From assembly GCA_964016885.1 (NCBI GenBank), contig OZ024752.1, positions 50,351,844-50,415,843 on the forward strand: a DNA stretch of 64,000 nt, written 5' to 3'. The notes under the pieces are model-generated. The model had not been told where the DNA came from, made no database searches, and saw only the letters and a list, made by a program, of their open reading frames with translations. This document shows positions 38,640 through 55,522 of the stretch, piece after piece; within the stretch, counting starts at the first letter, position 1, and every line of letters starts with the position of its first letter. This stretch comes from Eledone cirrhosa. Lineage: Eukaryota. The position numbers were made by a program, and so were the translations under genes.

Positions 38640-38972
38640 CCACTACCCCCACCCCATCCACACCACCTCTTTCAATGTAAAGTTATGTTGGTACCACAAC
38701 ATCCAGGCCGAAACAAATGAGGTCATGTAGGTGTCACGACAAAAAAACACACAGTCCACGCTGTAATGTGGCCGTGTAGGTAACACGGTAAAAACCTCCC
38801 AGTTCCACACTGTAAATGTGGTTGGTGCTAGGAAGGGCATCCAGCCGTAGAAAACCTGCCAGACAGTCCTATGCGAGCAAGACAACCACTCTTGCCTCAA
38901 GTGGGAAAACTCCCGTCCAAACCCGTGCAAGCATGGAATATGGACGTTAAACGATGATGATGATGATGATGA

Positions 38973-38975
<3 letters not shown>
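38640..38975 (+). mobile_element. SINE-C-like element
   Basis: gttggtgctaggaagggcatccagccgtagaaa body and a ggacgttaaac(GAT)n tail running into (TA)n. Confidence 0.75.
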
Positions 38976-42460
<3,485 letters not shown>

Positions 42461-43344
42461 CTTTATTCTACATTTATGTTCATTCTTTTTGTGAAATGAA
42501 TGAAAGAAACTGAAGTCTTTCTTTTGACTTTCACTGAGCAAGCACATCAAATACATTTATAGATTTACTGGATGACTACACAACAGAACACAAAGAAACA
42601 TTTAAAATATCCGAATATAAATGGTTAATTGCGATAAATATATCACATGGGATCGCACATATATTTTATACATTGTAGGAAATTTAAAAAAATTTTTATT
42701 TTTGTGTGTGCTTCTTTGCTTCTTCTTCTTTTCAAGAAATTAAAAATGTTGAAGTTTCAATTTTTGGGCCATCATCAAATCATCCAATTATGATTAAATT
42801 CTTCCAAATGTGTCTCAATAAAGTAAAACGAACGCTAAATTGATCATTATCGAAAAATGTTCCTTGATCAATGCACAATTATCAATAGCAGTGAAAATTA
42901 TAATCTTTATATTGTATATTACTTTCCTTACACCAATTGATCATTTTCGATTTTGTTCGTTATGTAGTTGTGGAAAAATGAATGAAGAATCCAGTGGAAC
43001 TACATATTCTTCTCTATTCAAAAATATTGATATATCTTTAATATCATAGGAGTAATTAAATCAACTGAAAATACAATATACTTACTTCTGGATGGCATTT
43101 TCAATGAAGAATTTTTATTGCCTGCCTGTCAAAAATGATAACATTAAAAGACAAAGTGGAAGAAATGCTTACATTATGCAATTATACCTTTTTGTCTTTA
43201 ACGAAAAATAGATGTAAAAATAGATGTAAAAAATTATAAATTTATAAAGAGGGGGGGGGAGAAATGATCGAGTATAACATAATAATGTTAAATCAGCAAT
43301 TATCAATAAAACTGTGTATGTGTATGTATGTGTATATATATATG

Positions 43345-43378
<34 letters not shown>

Positions 43379-43404
43379 TATATACATTTGGTTATATATA
43401 TATA

Positions 43405-43470
<66 letters not shown>

Positions 43471-43683
43471 CATTGATATATATATATAAATATAAATATA
43501 TATATATATGTATTTATGTATATATATCGATGTGTTTATATATAAATATATAACAATATATGTGGTGTGCATATGTATATATATACACACATACATATAT
43601 ATATATGCACACATATATATATCTAGGAATGCATATATATATATACATACATATGTGCATGTTTGTGTGGACATACATATATC

Positions 43684-43729
<46 letters not shown>

Positions 43730-43731
<2 letters not shown>

Positions 43732-43836
43732 AACGAGTAGGACCCCGACGGCTGAGCTCAAGCCGTTTCGACTACCCTAAGTATTGAGTACTTTGGTGTG
43801 TTATGGTCCACCTGGTTCCTTACCACATTTCCTTCG

Positions 43837-43837
<1 letters not shown>
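43730..43837. repeat. About 108-bp dispersed element, copy 1
   Basis: Near-identical to 44712-44820 and embedded in (TA)n. Confidence 0.8.
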
Positions 43838-43888
<51 letters not shown>

Positions 43889-44306
43889 ACAAACATGCAC
43901 ATTGACACAATCATTACATTTACACATGCTTGTCCATGTAAGCATGGGTTTGATAAGACTTTTTAAATCGTAGTCCACTCTCTGACAAGACAATCATGTA
44001 CAAGACAAGCTTCATTTTTCTTAGAGTATGGGGTTAACCGAGCAAAGAAGTACAGACAACGTTATGGTCTATCGGATGTGAAGCAGATAAAAAGAAGCGC
44101 TCAACGGCCTGTATAAATGGTACAAGTCGGAGCATTATATATTCATCATCATCACCGTTTTACGTTCGTTCTTCCACGCTAGCATGGGTTAGATGGGTTG
44201 TCCTGTTGTGGGCAGTGTCTGGTCGGCTGACCATGCCTTGCTCATACAGGAACTATATTAATTATATTAATAATCATAATCGGTTGATTCAGGTTTATTT
44301 AAAACT

Positions 44307-44365
44307 CTGTTATACATATTTCACTGAGGTCTATCAATTATGATAGCCTGAGCTCTTCAGATGGC
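44307..44365 (-). ncRNA. Hammerhead ribozyme motif, stem I decayed
   Basis: Minus strand: CTGAAGA-gctcaggctatca-taat-tgatagacctcagt-GAAA-tatgta-TA. Long stem II and the same GAAATATGTATA as the other copies, but stem I pairing is poor. Confidence 0.55.
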
Positions 44366-44667
44366 AAAACCTAAAATAAACATTGAAAGTTCCTAAGTAA
44401 CCTTTAGATTTTGGAAAAATCCAATAATTTCCCCGAAAAAGATTTTCTTTTCGTGATATGGGAGGTCAGCCAAACACGTGTGGTTGTTTCTTAGATGGCT
44501 GGCCATAGTTGAAGAATCAACACCATGTGTTCAGCCAAACAGTACTCCACTTACTTCAGATATGACCTTACCTTCCGGTTTTTTCCGACACTATATATAT
44601 ACATATATATATGTGTGTGTATGTGTGTGTGTATACATACACATACATATACATATGTATAAACATA

Positions 44668-44711
<44 letters not shown>

Positions 44712-44713
<2 letters not shown>

Positions 44714-44820
44714 AAAAGAGTCAGGACCCCGACGGCTGAGCTCTGGCCGTTTCAACAGCCTACCCTAAGTATCGAGTACTCTGGTGCGTTATGGTCCACC
44801 TGGTTCCTTACCACACTTTC
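44712..44820. repeat. About 108-bp dispersed element, copy 2
   Basis: ggaccccgacggctgagctc..gccgtttc...gcgttatggtccacctggttccttaccaca. Confidence 0.8.
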
Positions 44821-45005
44821 ATCATCATCATCATCATCATTTTACGTCCGCTTTTCCCTGCTTGCAAAGGTGGGACGGATCCTATTCAGCACAGCATCTC
44901 TCCACTTGTCACGATCCTTCGTCATCTCCTCCGTGAGCTTCAACGATCTGTGATCTGCTCTCACCACCTCCGCCCATGTTTTTCGTGGTTTTCCTCTACT
45001 TTCTT
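44819..45005 (-). mobile_element. RTE LINE 3' end
   Basis: Encodes RGKPRKTWAEVVRAD...ASREKRT. Confidence 0.9.
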
Positions 45006-45019
45006 TGCTATATATATAT

Positions 45020-45364
45020 ATCATCATTTTCATTTCATCATTTTACGTCCGCTTTTTCCCTGCTTGCAAGGGTGGGACGGGAACTGGTTCTGGCTTGATT
45101 TCTACAGCTGGATGCCCTTCCTAACACCAACCTCATTTACAGTGAGTGCTGGGTGCTTTTTTGCCGTGGCACCTCCACGACCACTTTGCAGTGGAATGAT
45201 ATGGACCCCAGTCCCTATCATCTCATTTCTACAGCTGAGTAAACTGGAGCAATGTGAAATAAAGTGTCTTGCTCAAGGAAAGAACACATCACCCGGTCTG
45301 AGAATTGAACTCACAACCTTTCGATTGCAAGGCCAATGCTCTAACCACTAAGCCATGTGCCTCC
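45020..45364 (-). mobile_element. Full-length SINE-B
   Basis: Reverse complement of 55523-55865. Confidence 0.92.
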
Positions 45365-45603
<239 letters not shown>

Positions 45604-45649
45604 TCATTCAAAATATTAACAAAAATAGAACTTCATTGTGATCAAGTAT

Positions 45650-45714
45650 ATTTTATTATACATATTTCAGAGGTACTGAGCTAACTTCAACAGTACGTCC
45701 TCATCAGATAAAAT
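45650..45714 (-). ncRNA. Type I hammerhead ribozyme motif
   Basis: Minus strand: attttat-CTGATGA-ggacgtactg-loop-cagtacctct-GAAA-tatgta-TA-ataaaat. Stem II pairs at 9 of 10 positions and stem I is 7 bp. Confidence 0.78.
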
Positions 45715-46089
45715 AAGATGATGCATGACATACCCTGACATAGTAGATGGTTAAGATCCAGTCATGGTAGTAAAACTAATTCTTTGATTTATTCATTGAA
45801 CCTTGTTTAACCTTTAAATATATATATATATATATACATAAAACACCACCAGTTAATGATTATTGTGTTTTCCTATATACAGTATATAACAATGTTCCTC
45901 TATCCCTCCCTTCCACCTCCTCCTCCATCAGGCTACAAGACTCATTATTATTTATTGTAGATAGGCATTTTAGATAAGCAGAACACAAAATAATAAATGC
46001 CATTTTTCTGCCATAATATATTCACATTACACACATACACACGCACATCTATATATATATATATATATATAAATATGTATGTATGTATG

Positions 46090-46125
<36 letters not shown>

Positions 46126-46155
46126 CTTATATATATATATATATATGTATGTATG

Positions 46156-46207
<52 letters not shown>

Positions 46208-46370
46208 TAAATACATGTATATATATAAACATATATACACATAAATATACATACATACATACATATATATATGGATAAATATGTAAGTATAGATACATAT
46301 ACATACATTCCTACATACATACACATGTATATATACATGTGTGCATCTATGTATTTATGTATACATACCT

Positions 46371-46447
<77 letters not shown>

Positions 46448-46773
46448 CATGTGTGCGAGCATGTATGTGTGTGCGTATTTACTCTCTCTCTCTGTACTTT
46501 TTTCCATCTAGATATTTAGTGACTACACTGAAAGGTTACTAACCAAGTGAGATGAAAACCAAAGTGTAAATTCATTAGCAATGATTATATTAAACCAATA
46601 TATCTGATTCTGACACATCATTAAACAATGTACACTTTGAACAAATACCATTGAGCCCTGAGCCCCTCATACACTTCGTGCTGGTTGTTTTTGATTTTAT
46701 CTTAATTCTTTCTTCTTTTTGTTTTCAAATCACAGCAGTCAATTGATATTAGACAATGTTGACTATTATTAGA

Positions 46774-47363
46774 CCCTCTACGGTCTGAGTTCAAATCCCA
46801 CTGAGGTTAGCTTTGCCTTTCATCCTTACGGGGGTCGATAAAATAAAGTACCAGTAATGCACTGGGGTATTGCTGGCCTTGTGCCTAAAGTAGAAACAAT
46901 TATTATTATTATTTTGTATTTCAAATCCCGCCGAGGTTAACTTTGCCTTTCATCCTTCCGGGGTCGATAGAATAAAGTACCAGTAATGCACTAGGGTAAT
47001 TGCTGGCCTTGTGCCTAAAGTAGAAACAATTATTATTATGTATTGTCCTGTACCGTTCTGTGCCGCCTGTAATGTTTTTCTTCGTGTTAGCCCTTGTGGC
47101 CACTAAAGAAACCATTTTATTATTTTTATTATTATTATTATTATCATCATTATTATTAAGGGTGCGGGGGATTGGCAGTATCGGTAGAGGGTCGGACGCC
47201 ATGCTTTCCAGCATAGTTACGTCCCTTTACGATCTGAGTTCAAATCCCGCCGAAGTTGACTCTGCCTTTCATCCTTACGGGGGTCGAGAAAATAAAGTAC
47301 CAGTAATGCACTGGGATAATTGCTGGCCTTGTGCCAAAAGTAGAAATAATAATTATTATTATT
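46774..47363 (+). mobile_element. Cluster: two 5'-truncated SINE-A, a Tx1-like 3' tip (47040-47116) and a full SINE-A (47159-47363)
   Basis: Consensus matches; the tip ends gcccttgtggccactaaagaaacc. Confidence 0.85.
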
Positions 47364-50296
47364 ATGTGAATGTTTACTAAAAGAGAATATATTCTCATCA
47401 GTTTCATTGTTGTAAACACATTAAAAAATATACAAAATATTGAAACAAGTAAATCCCTTCATTGTCATAATTCTAATGAAAGCCACTGCTTATGATTTCT
47501 AAATAATTTTAATAAGGATTTGGAGGGATTTAGTAAAACAACTAACTTTCTCGTTATTAAGATGGTGTTTGGAATAAAACTTAAAGATATTACATAAACT
47601 TATAATGGAAGGATTTCAGATAAATATAAACATATTAAAATAAACAGCTTTGTATTGTACAACTAAGATGGTTTCTGGCAGTTTCATATGAAAAGGTGAA
47701 GTCTCAGCTTGGTTAAACTTGAGATAAATTTTTGAATCACTGTTGAGAAGTCAAAACTAGTTAAAGGAAAACACTGTAGCAAAATGAAATCTTTGCAAAG
47801 TAATGCATATAAAACATGTTTGATGAGGTGTAAATATAAAATAGATACAAAACAGAAACATGAAATAAATATGAGGGAATCACCTATAGAACAGAATTCA
47901 AACTTAATGCTCAAGGCTAAAACTGGTATTTATGAAGAATGAAAGAGGAAAAATGTGTTGTATAAAAAGCTAAACCTTAAGGTAATTCAAAGTGTTTCTG
48001 AGAAGGAATTTGCCTGGATTTATCAGAAGTACTTAGAGAGAATAATAAGGAAGAAAACAAAAAAAAATCATTCGACAACCCATTTGGAAAAAGCTTCAAT
48101 AAATTACTTGAATTGATCATTCACAAATTTAGATGTAACACCATTATCTCATGTAGTGTTATATTTATGCTGAGTGTCTGTTTTTTCAGTTAACCCTCGA
48201 ATATCTTTCAGAGAAAATTCTAAAATTCTTTTTTTAATATTTCAGAAAAATATTAACATCTTTTTTTTTTTAATATTTCAGAAAAATTCAAACCATTTTT
48301 TTTTTCTTAATATTTCAAACTCAAAATTATTAACTGATAAGAAAATTTATGAGATAAATGATATTTATAGCTGGGAATAAAATACACCAATATTGTCTTT
48401 GTAATTATTCTATCCAAATATATGTTTTTATAATTCATTTCCTTCAATTTCTTGCCTGACTATTTCTTTAGATTTCACAATGTTTTTCATGTAGGTAAAA
48501 ATAAATCAGATAATTTTTATTAGCTTAGTCAGATGAGAAAGAACAGCTCTATGACCTTTTTAAGGCCTCTATAACTGGTTGAAGGAGAGGAGAAAGTTAT
48601 CCTTAGACTAGAGACCTGTCTTGAATGCTTGAAACAGAATATACTTTGCTAAAGACCCAGGTGTTTTTGTTAAACTGTAATTAAGTCTACCACCCAAGAA
48701 CCCGTCATTCACAAAGCTTTGGCTGACTTACAACTGCCCAGCAGATGTAATTCCCTGTAAGTTAAAGAGTGTATAAATAGAAGAAAGAGAGACCCTTCTT
48801 ACGGATCTGAGAAAATATGAGTTTATTTTACAGATAATTGGCAGCCTATTAATTGTAATTGGCCAATTAATCAGTAATTAACCATGCTAATGTGGTTTCA
48901 TATAGTACAGGATGTTAAGAGTGAGTCATTTAGTATATAGCCCAGGTATTTCTCTATCCTCATTGGTCTTAATATGAATTTAATTGGTTACAAATCAAAT
49001 ATTAATGCTGCAATAAATTTGATTGTTAGTTATCACAAAATTCATGCTAATGGGGACAGGTTTAGTTTTGTCAAAAATCATGTGATGATTAGCCGACCCA
49101 GTACTGCTACTAGGTCAAACAAGTTCATATATTGTGCTGAAGGACAAGACACAATCATACTTGATTCTGAATTATAGTCAACAACTAGAACTTATCTTCA
49201 TGGTATTCTAATTCCCAAAGAAAGTCACTTGTGTTCTTGTTCTATCCTGCGAGCGTACTAACTTCAAGATAAAACCATCAACCATCAAAAAGCTTCATAG
49301 AACAGGATCTCATTAACAATCACTCCACAGTATTTTTTTGTTATGAAAATTACATAAATTAAGAAATCGCCCAGCATTCCTGATTTTATGAACCCCTGCT
49401 GCTATTAAAAGATTTTTTTAAAGTGTTAAATAATTATTTTTAGTGTGTTACATAATCTACCTGGAACTTAATCAGATATCATGTATACACACCAATAACT
49501 TCACTAACCAGCATACCCAGCAGACAAAAAAACTTAACAAATGCTGTTTTTATGTAGTTTGTTTGCTTCATTGAGTCCTTATACATAATTACTGATCAAA
49601 CATCTGGAGAAAAAGAATTCCTACTTGTCTTAATTTGTTAACATTTTTGGTTAATATTCGGTCAGATATTTCTTCAGAGTACATAATCGAATGGAAGCAG
49701 GACACAGATCAAATAATCACCTCCCCAGATCCCCAGAAAAAAAAGTACACATCAGGCATTCACTCCTCTGCTACTTGTATCATACTGTTTTTTTCATCAT
49801 CATCATCACCACCATCATCATCATCTTTGTGCTTGCTTTTCCATACTTGCATGGGTTAGACAAGTTCTTTCCAGTAAAGTATCTTTTCATTTTTATCTTT
49901 CCTGTGTCATTTCCTTTATCAGGTTCAGCATCCTTGAGGTCAGCTTCCATAATTTCTACCCATGTCTCTCTTGGTCTTCTTTCTTTGAGGCTTCCTTCTA
50001 CTTAGAAGTCCAAGATGTTTTCACTTTATAATTCTCATCTATATGCATTATGTTTATATCAGAACAGAACATTTTTCTTCTTGTAGAATTTCTCAGAAGA
50101 ATAAAACAAATGTGTTTTGTCTAACCTGATAACTTCCAAAATTACCCTGCCCCTCGTTCTAAAATACTCAACTGTTTCTTTTAAAATTTTTTATATTTAT
50201 CTAAATAAATTTGTTAATTTATGCTCCAAACACATCTTAATCATGGTTTCCAATTTAAGCACAAGGCCATCAATTTTGGGGAGAAGAGAAAGTCAT

Positions 50297-50669
50297 TCTG
50301 AGTTCAAATCCTGCTGAGGTTAGCTTTGCCTTTCATCCTTACAGGGTTCAAAAAATAAAGTACCAGTAATGCACTGGAGTCAGTTTAACCCTTTAGCATT
50401 TAAACCGGCCATATCCGGTCAGAATTCTCTCACCTCTTTCTGTTCAAACTGACTGTAACTGGCCACTCATACTGAAGTTAAGGTATTGTTCTCAAAATAA
50501 ATAACATCAAAATCTCATAGATTCGATATTATGTGAGATAATTATGCGAGGTAAAGCCTTTACTGCGAAAATACAAAAGTAAATACAGAGTAATGTAAAT
50601 GCTAAGGGTTAACAAAGATTTTCCCCTCCCTCAAAATTGTCGGCCTTTTGCCTAAATCAGAAACCATTA
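50297..50669 (+). mobile_element. Long-form SINE-A interrupted by MITE-A
   Basis: The SINE core stops at TTAA 50385 and resumes after TTAA 50609. Confidence 0.8.
50389..50608. mobile_element. Intact 220-bp piggyBac-like MITE-A
   Basis: TTAA|CCCTTTAGCATTTA ... TAAATGCTAAGGG|TTAA. The TTAA duplication and CCCT/AGGG termini are piggyBac hallmarks. Confidence 0.88.
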
Positions 50670-51114
50670 AAGATATGTCAATGAAAGAGTTAACAGTTCA
50701 ACTACATAATGTAGAGGAATAATTCAATAAATCAACTACTTTTAGTGGTGAAATTCTTGTAGTTTAGATATTGTTTTGTTTGGTTTGGTTGTATTTTTGT
50801 TAGTGTACTTTAACAGACAAGATGGTAGGCATGTCAGGCCCCAAGCAAACACATATCTTATAAAAGGACTTTACAAATCTTCTATTCGGAATTTAAAGTT
50901 ACCCATCAATAAATCTACACAAGAACACTTTTAACTCTTTATTATATACCATATTCCTAGTTGACTCAGTTTCACACTCCTCTCCCTCACACACCCCCTC
51001 TCTCTCCCTCTCTCTCTCTCTCTCTCCCTCACACTCTCTCTCACTCTCGCCATCACTTATATGCACATGCATACATAGATATATGCATATATATGTGTGT
51101 GTGTCAGTGTGTAT

Positions 51115-51158
<44 letters not shown>

Positions 51159-51288
51159 TTATACACATATATATATACATATCTATAAAATCATATACAT
51201 ATTGATATATATACATTTATACCTTTACATATTTATTTATATATGCATGCATATATATATAGGTATATATATATATATACACACATAC

Positions 51289-51330
<42 letters not shown>

Positions 51331-51684
51331 ATACATATATATTTATATATACATACATATATATATATATTTATATATATTTATACGTACATATATATTT
51401 ATATATATATATGTATACATACATATATATTTATATATTTATACATATACATATATATTTATATATATATACATACATATATATATATATTTATATATAT
51501 TTATACGTACATATATATTTATATATATATATGTATACATACATATATATTTATATATTTATACATATACATATATATTTATATATATATACATACATAT
51601 ATATATATATTTATATATATTTATACGTACATATATATTTATATATATATATATATGTATACATACATATATATTTATATATTA

Positions 51685-51737
<53 letters not shown>

Positions 51738-51766
51738 CATGTATACACACACACACATATATATAC

Positions 51767-51823
<57 letters not shown>

Positions 51824-51830
51824 CATACAT
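51115..51830. repeat. (TA)-rich satellite with a 120-bp higher-order period (about 3 copies)
   Basis: Sequence blocks starting at 51361, 51481 and 51601 are essentially identical. Confidence 0.9.
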
Positions 51831-52242
51831 TTTTTTAAAGATCAAATATATTGAAATATTGACTTAGAAGTAAATGATATCTTTGAATTGCAATATATTA
51901 TAATATTGGTATAAGCTAAGAAGCAAAGATAAAAATTGAACAAAATATCAAACAGAAAGTTGGGAGTTTCCAATCTCTACATATTTCTATTGCCTCTATT
52001 ATAAGGTAGATATCATTGTAGGAGTCAAACATAAATTCTCTTGTCGGATAAAGTGGTACAATTCTAATAGCCTGAAAGCATTTTGAACATTATAAGGGTT
52101 TATTTCGTTGTTAATGACGAATCAAGATAGTTTATATTGGAGATTGAAAGAGGTTTGAATATTTATAATATTTATAATATATGTTATTTATATATATATA
52201 TATACATATAATATACATATATATATATATATGTGTGTGTGC

Positions 52243-52282
<40 letters not shown>

Positions 52283-52285
<3 letters not shown>

Positions 52286-52320
52286 TTCTATATATACAAA
52301 TGATTCTATGGACATACCTT

Positions 52321-52356
<36 letters not shown>

Positions 52357-52394
52357 AAGGTATGTCCATAGAATCATTTGTATATATAGAATCT
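52283..52394. repeat. Perfect palindrome centred on (TA)n
   Basis: 42-bp arm agattctatatatacaaatgattctatggacataccttattg and its exact reverse complement. Confidence 0.92.
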
Positions 52395-52497
52395 ATATAT
52401 ATATATAGAGAGAGAGATAGATAGATAAATATATATATATATATATAATATCAATACATATATATGTATATATAAATGTATAATAAAAAATATATGC

Positions 52498-52558
<61 letters not shown>

Positions 52559-52754
52559 AAATATAAAATATATTAATAAAATGGTGTAGCTTGCTTGAAA
52601 CATTGTGTATTGTATATAATGTAGAAAATTATATATTTAAGAAGGCTAAGACAATGCAAAATTGACGGTAATATATAATGTAGACAACGATATTTTAAGG
52701 CTAAGACAATGAGAAATGGATGCTAAAATGAAGGCAACGAAAAAGTTTGTTATC

Positions 52755-53133
52755 TAGTATTTAGGTACCACTTTAGAAGGAGAATCAGAGTGGAGAGAGA
52801 GGTACTGCATGCCAGTAAATTTACTAAAAGGTGGGTGAATGTGGCGAGAATGGCCCGAGTGATTGAGCCTTCTCTGTATGTAAACCTGTAGGTTAAAGAA
52901 GAGAGTGAAAAGAAGAAAGGAGCACTTGCACAACATGCTCCTGGAGTTGAGGGTTGTTCTATCTACGGTGCATAAAACAAGCCATTTGTAACGCCTCCCC
53001 CCTATTGGGGATTTCGATTGTTATATTTTCATATTAAAATGTTTTTACACGATTGTATGTAAAATCCCCGGCATATATATTTGTATTGTCCCCTTTTCTT
53101 GTGCACCCTTGTGGCAAATAAAGAAATATATCT
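52755..53133 (+). mobile_element. Degenerate Tx1-like LINE 3' fragment
   Basis: Similar to 24660-25040 and ends cccttgtggcaaataaagaaatatatct. Confidence 0.85.
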
Positions 53134-53413
53134 AGTATTATTGTTATTGTTATTGCTTTGTTTTGTTTTTTTCGTCCAAATATTTCTGGACTTAAAAATC
53201 TGTCCTTCAGAGTATGGGGAACTCTCAGAGTAAAACATTCCAGTCTTATCGATAAAATAAAATCTATTGCCCTGGCCAACCAAGTTCATCAAATATACAA
53301 ATCATACAGTCGACCCGGTATTTCCGATTTTCAACATTCTCATTCCTTAGATTGGTTCTTCTTCCTCTTTCTCTACTACACAAACACTCACACAATTTTA
53401 TTTGTTTTTTGGT

Positions 53414-53444
<31 letters not shown>

Positions 53445-53445
<1 letters not shown>

Positions 53446-54315
53446 CCTCTATCAGCTCTATTGATAAATATCCCAGTTGTCTGATCAATGAAACAGCTTG
53501 GTCACGGAATTGATCTGCAAGTGGCTGAGTATTTCTCAGAATCATACACATACCCTTGATTTAATTTTTGGTGAGATTCAGCGAGCCACGGAAGAGGGTG
53601 TGACTAGGTAGCTCCTATGAATCACAGGGAAAACTTGTTGTCTCCAGCTGAGTGGATTGGATCCATGTGAAATAATGTGTGTTGCTCAAGGACACAACGT
53701 TCCTTTGCAGACCAAACTCTTGACCTTACGATCAGGATCCAACCACTCTAACCACTAAACCTTGTATCTTCACACACAGACATTGGAGATCAAACTCTTG
53801 ACCTTACGATCAGGAGCTAACCACTCAAACCATTGAAACTTCATCTTCACACACAGACATTGGAGATCAAACTCTTGACCTTACGATCAGGAGCTAACCA
53901 CTCAAACCATTGAAACTTCATCTTCACACACAGACATTGGAGATCAAACTCTTGACCTTACGATCAGGAGCTAACCACTCAAACCATTGAAACTTCATCT
54001 TCACACACAGACATTGGAGATCAAACTCTTGACCTTACGATCAGGAACTAACCACTCAAACCATTGAAACTTCATCTTCACACACGGACATTGGAGATCA
54101 AACTCTTGACCTTACGATCAGGAGCTAACCACTCAAACTATTGAAACTTCATCTTCACACACAGACATTGGAGATCAAACTCTTGACCTTACAATCAGGA
54201 GCTAACCACTCAAACCATTGAAACTTTATCTTCACACACAGACATTGGAGATCAAACTCTTGACCTTACAATCAGGAGCTTACCACTCTAACCACTAAAA
54301 CTCGCACCTTCCACA
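53445..54315 (-). mobile_element. Old SINE with its tRNA-like head amplified as a 77-bp array (53705-54315, about 8 copies)
   Basis: cattggagatcaaactc recurs at 53781, 53858, 53935 and so on. The minus strand shows A-box-like ggtttagtggtt, B-box-like gagtttgatctcc, then gtgtccttgagcaa. Confidence 0.75.
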
Positions 54316-55115
54316 CTGACTAAAGGAGCATATTAATACAACTTACAACTATCTAAAAATGACACTTGAGCTACTAATTTTATCCTCACCAGGGATAATA
54401 CACTTATGAGATAATAAAATAAAATTATTATGTATAATTTAAAAAAAAAAAAGAAATTATGTGAATACTAACAGCATTATAGTTCGACTGAACTTAAATA
54501 ATAAGTTTTCTGTTTCAATATGAAGTGAAAATTTGTTGAAAAATTTGAAAAGTAAAAAAAAAAATTAAAAAGAAGAAATTAAAAATCTAAAAACAAACCG
54601 TCTTTTTGAATCAGTGCAAAACAATGCAAGAAGGCTATAGAAGAAAACAACAACTACAACTACAACAGAAACCTGTAGAACTAAAATAAATTATAATAAC
54701 AGCTTTTGATAAGAGACATGAAGTCCTACAAGGTAAATAACTACTGCATAGAAATGAATGGAAATTTCAAATGAAAATAAGAAAATTTGCTCTTGGGGAG
54801 TGTAATAGAATAAAACCTAAGTGAAAGACAGTCAATATGCCTTATTAATATATCCACTTCAAACTGTTATTCTTGTTTCTCTTGTTGTTATTATTATTAT
54901 TTCTAACGATATTTTAAAGTCAGAGAAGATGATGGATGGGGCAATAGAATGCCAGATTAAATTCATTAAAAAGTTTCAAGTTCAAATCCTGCAAGGATAA
55001 ACTATATATATATTGTTGTACTGGGGGAGGGTCATATTGTTGTAATAATATTGCCAGAAATAATAACAGAAGACACTCACTGTTTGGTTGGTTTTATATA
55101 TATATATATATATAT

Positions 55116-55337
55116 AAAGAAATGCCAAGAAATCCCAGTGGAAGGAAGATGCAGTAGAGAAAGACCACAAAAATCATGGCTGGAGGTGGTGAGAGCTGAC
55201 CTCAGATCGTTGAAGCTCACGGAGGAGATGATGAAGGACCGTGACAAGTGGAGAGATGCTGTGCTGAATAGGACCCATCCCACCCTTGCAAGCAGGGAAA
55301 AGTGGACGTAAAATGATGATGATAATGATGATGATGA
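55116..55337 (+). mobile_element. RTE LINE 3' end
   Basis: Encodes KKCQEIPVEG...ASREKWT, with (TA)n on both sides. Confidence 0.9.
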
Positions 55338-55476
55338 TATATATATGTGTGTGTGTATTCCCGGTTCAATCGTACTTTTACATATATATATATATATATA
55401 GATATGTGTGTGTGTGTGTGAGTGTGTCAGATATATATATATATACACACACATATATACACACATATATATATAC

Positions 55477-55522
<46 letters not shown>

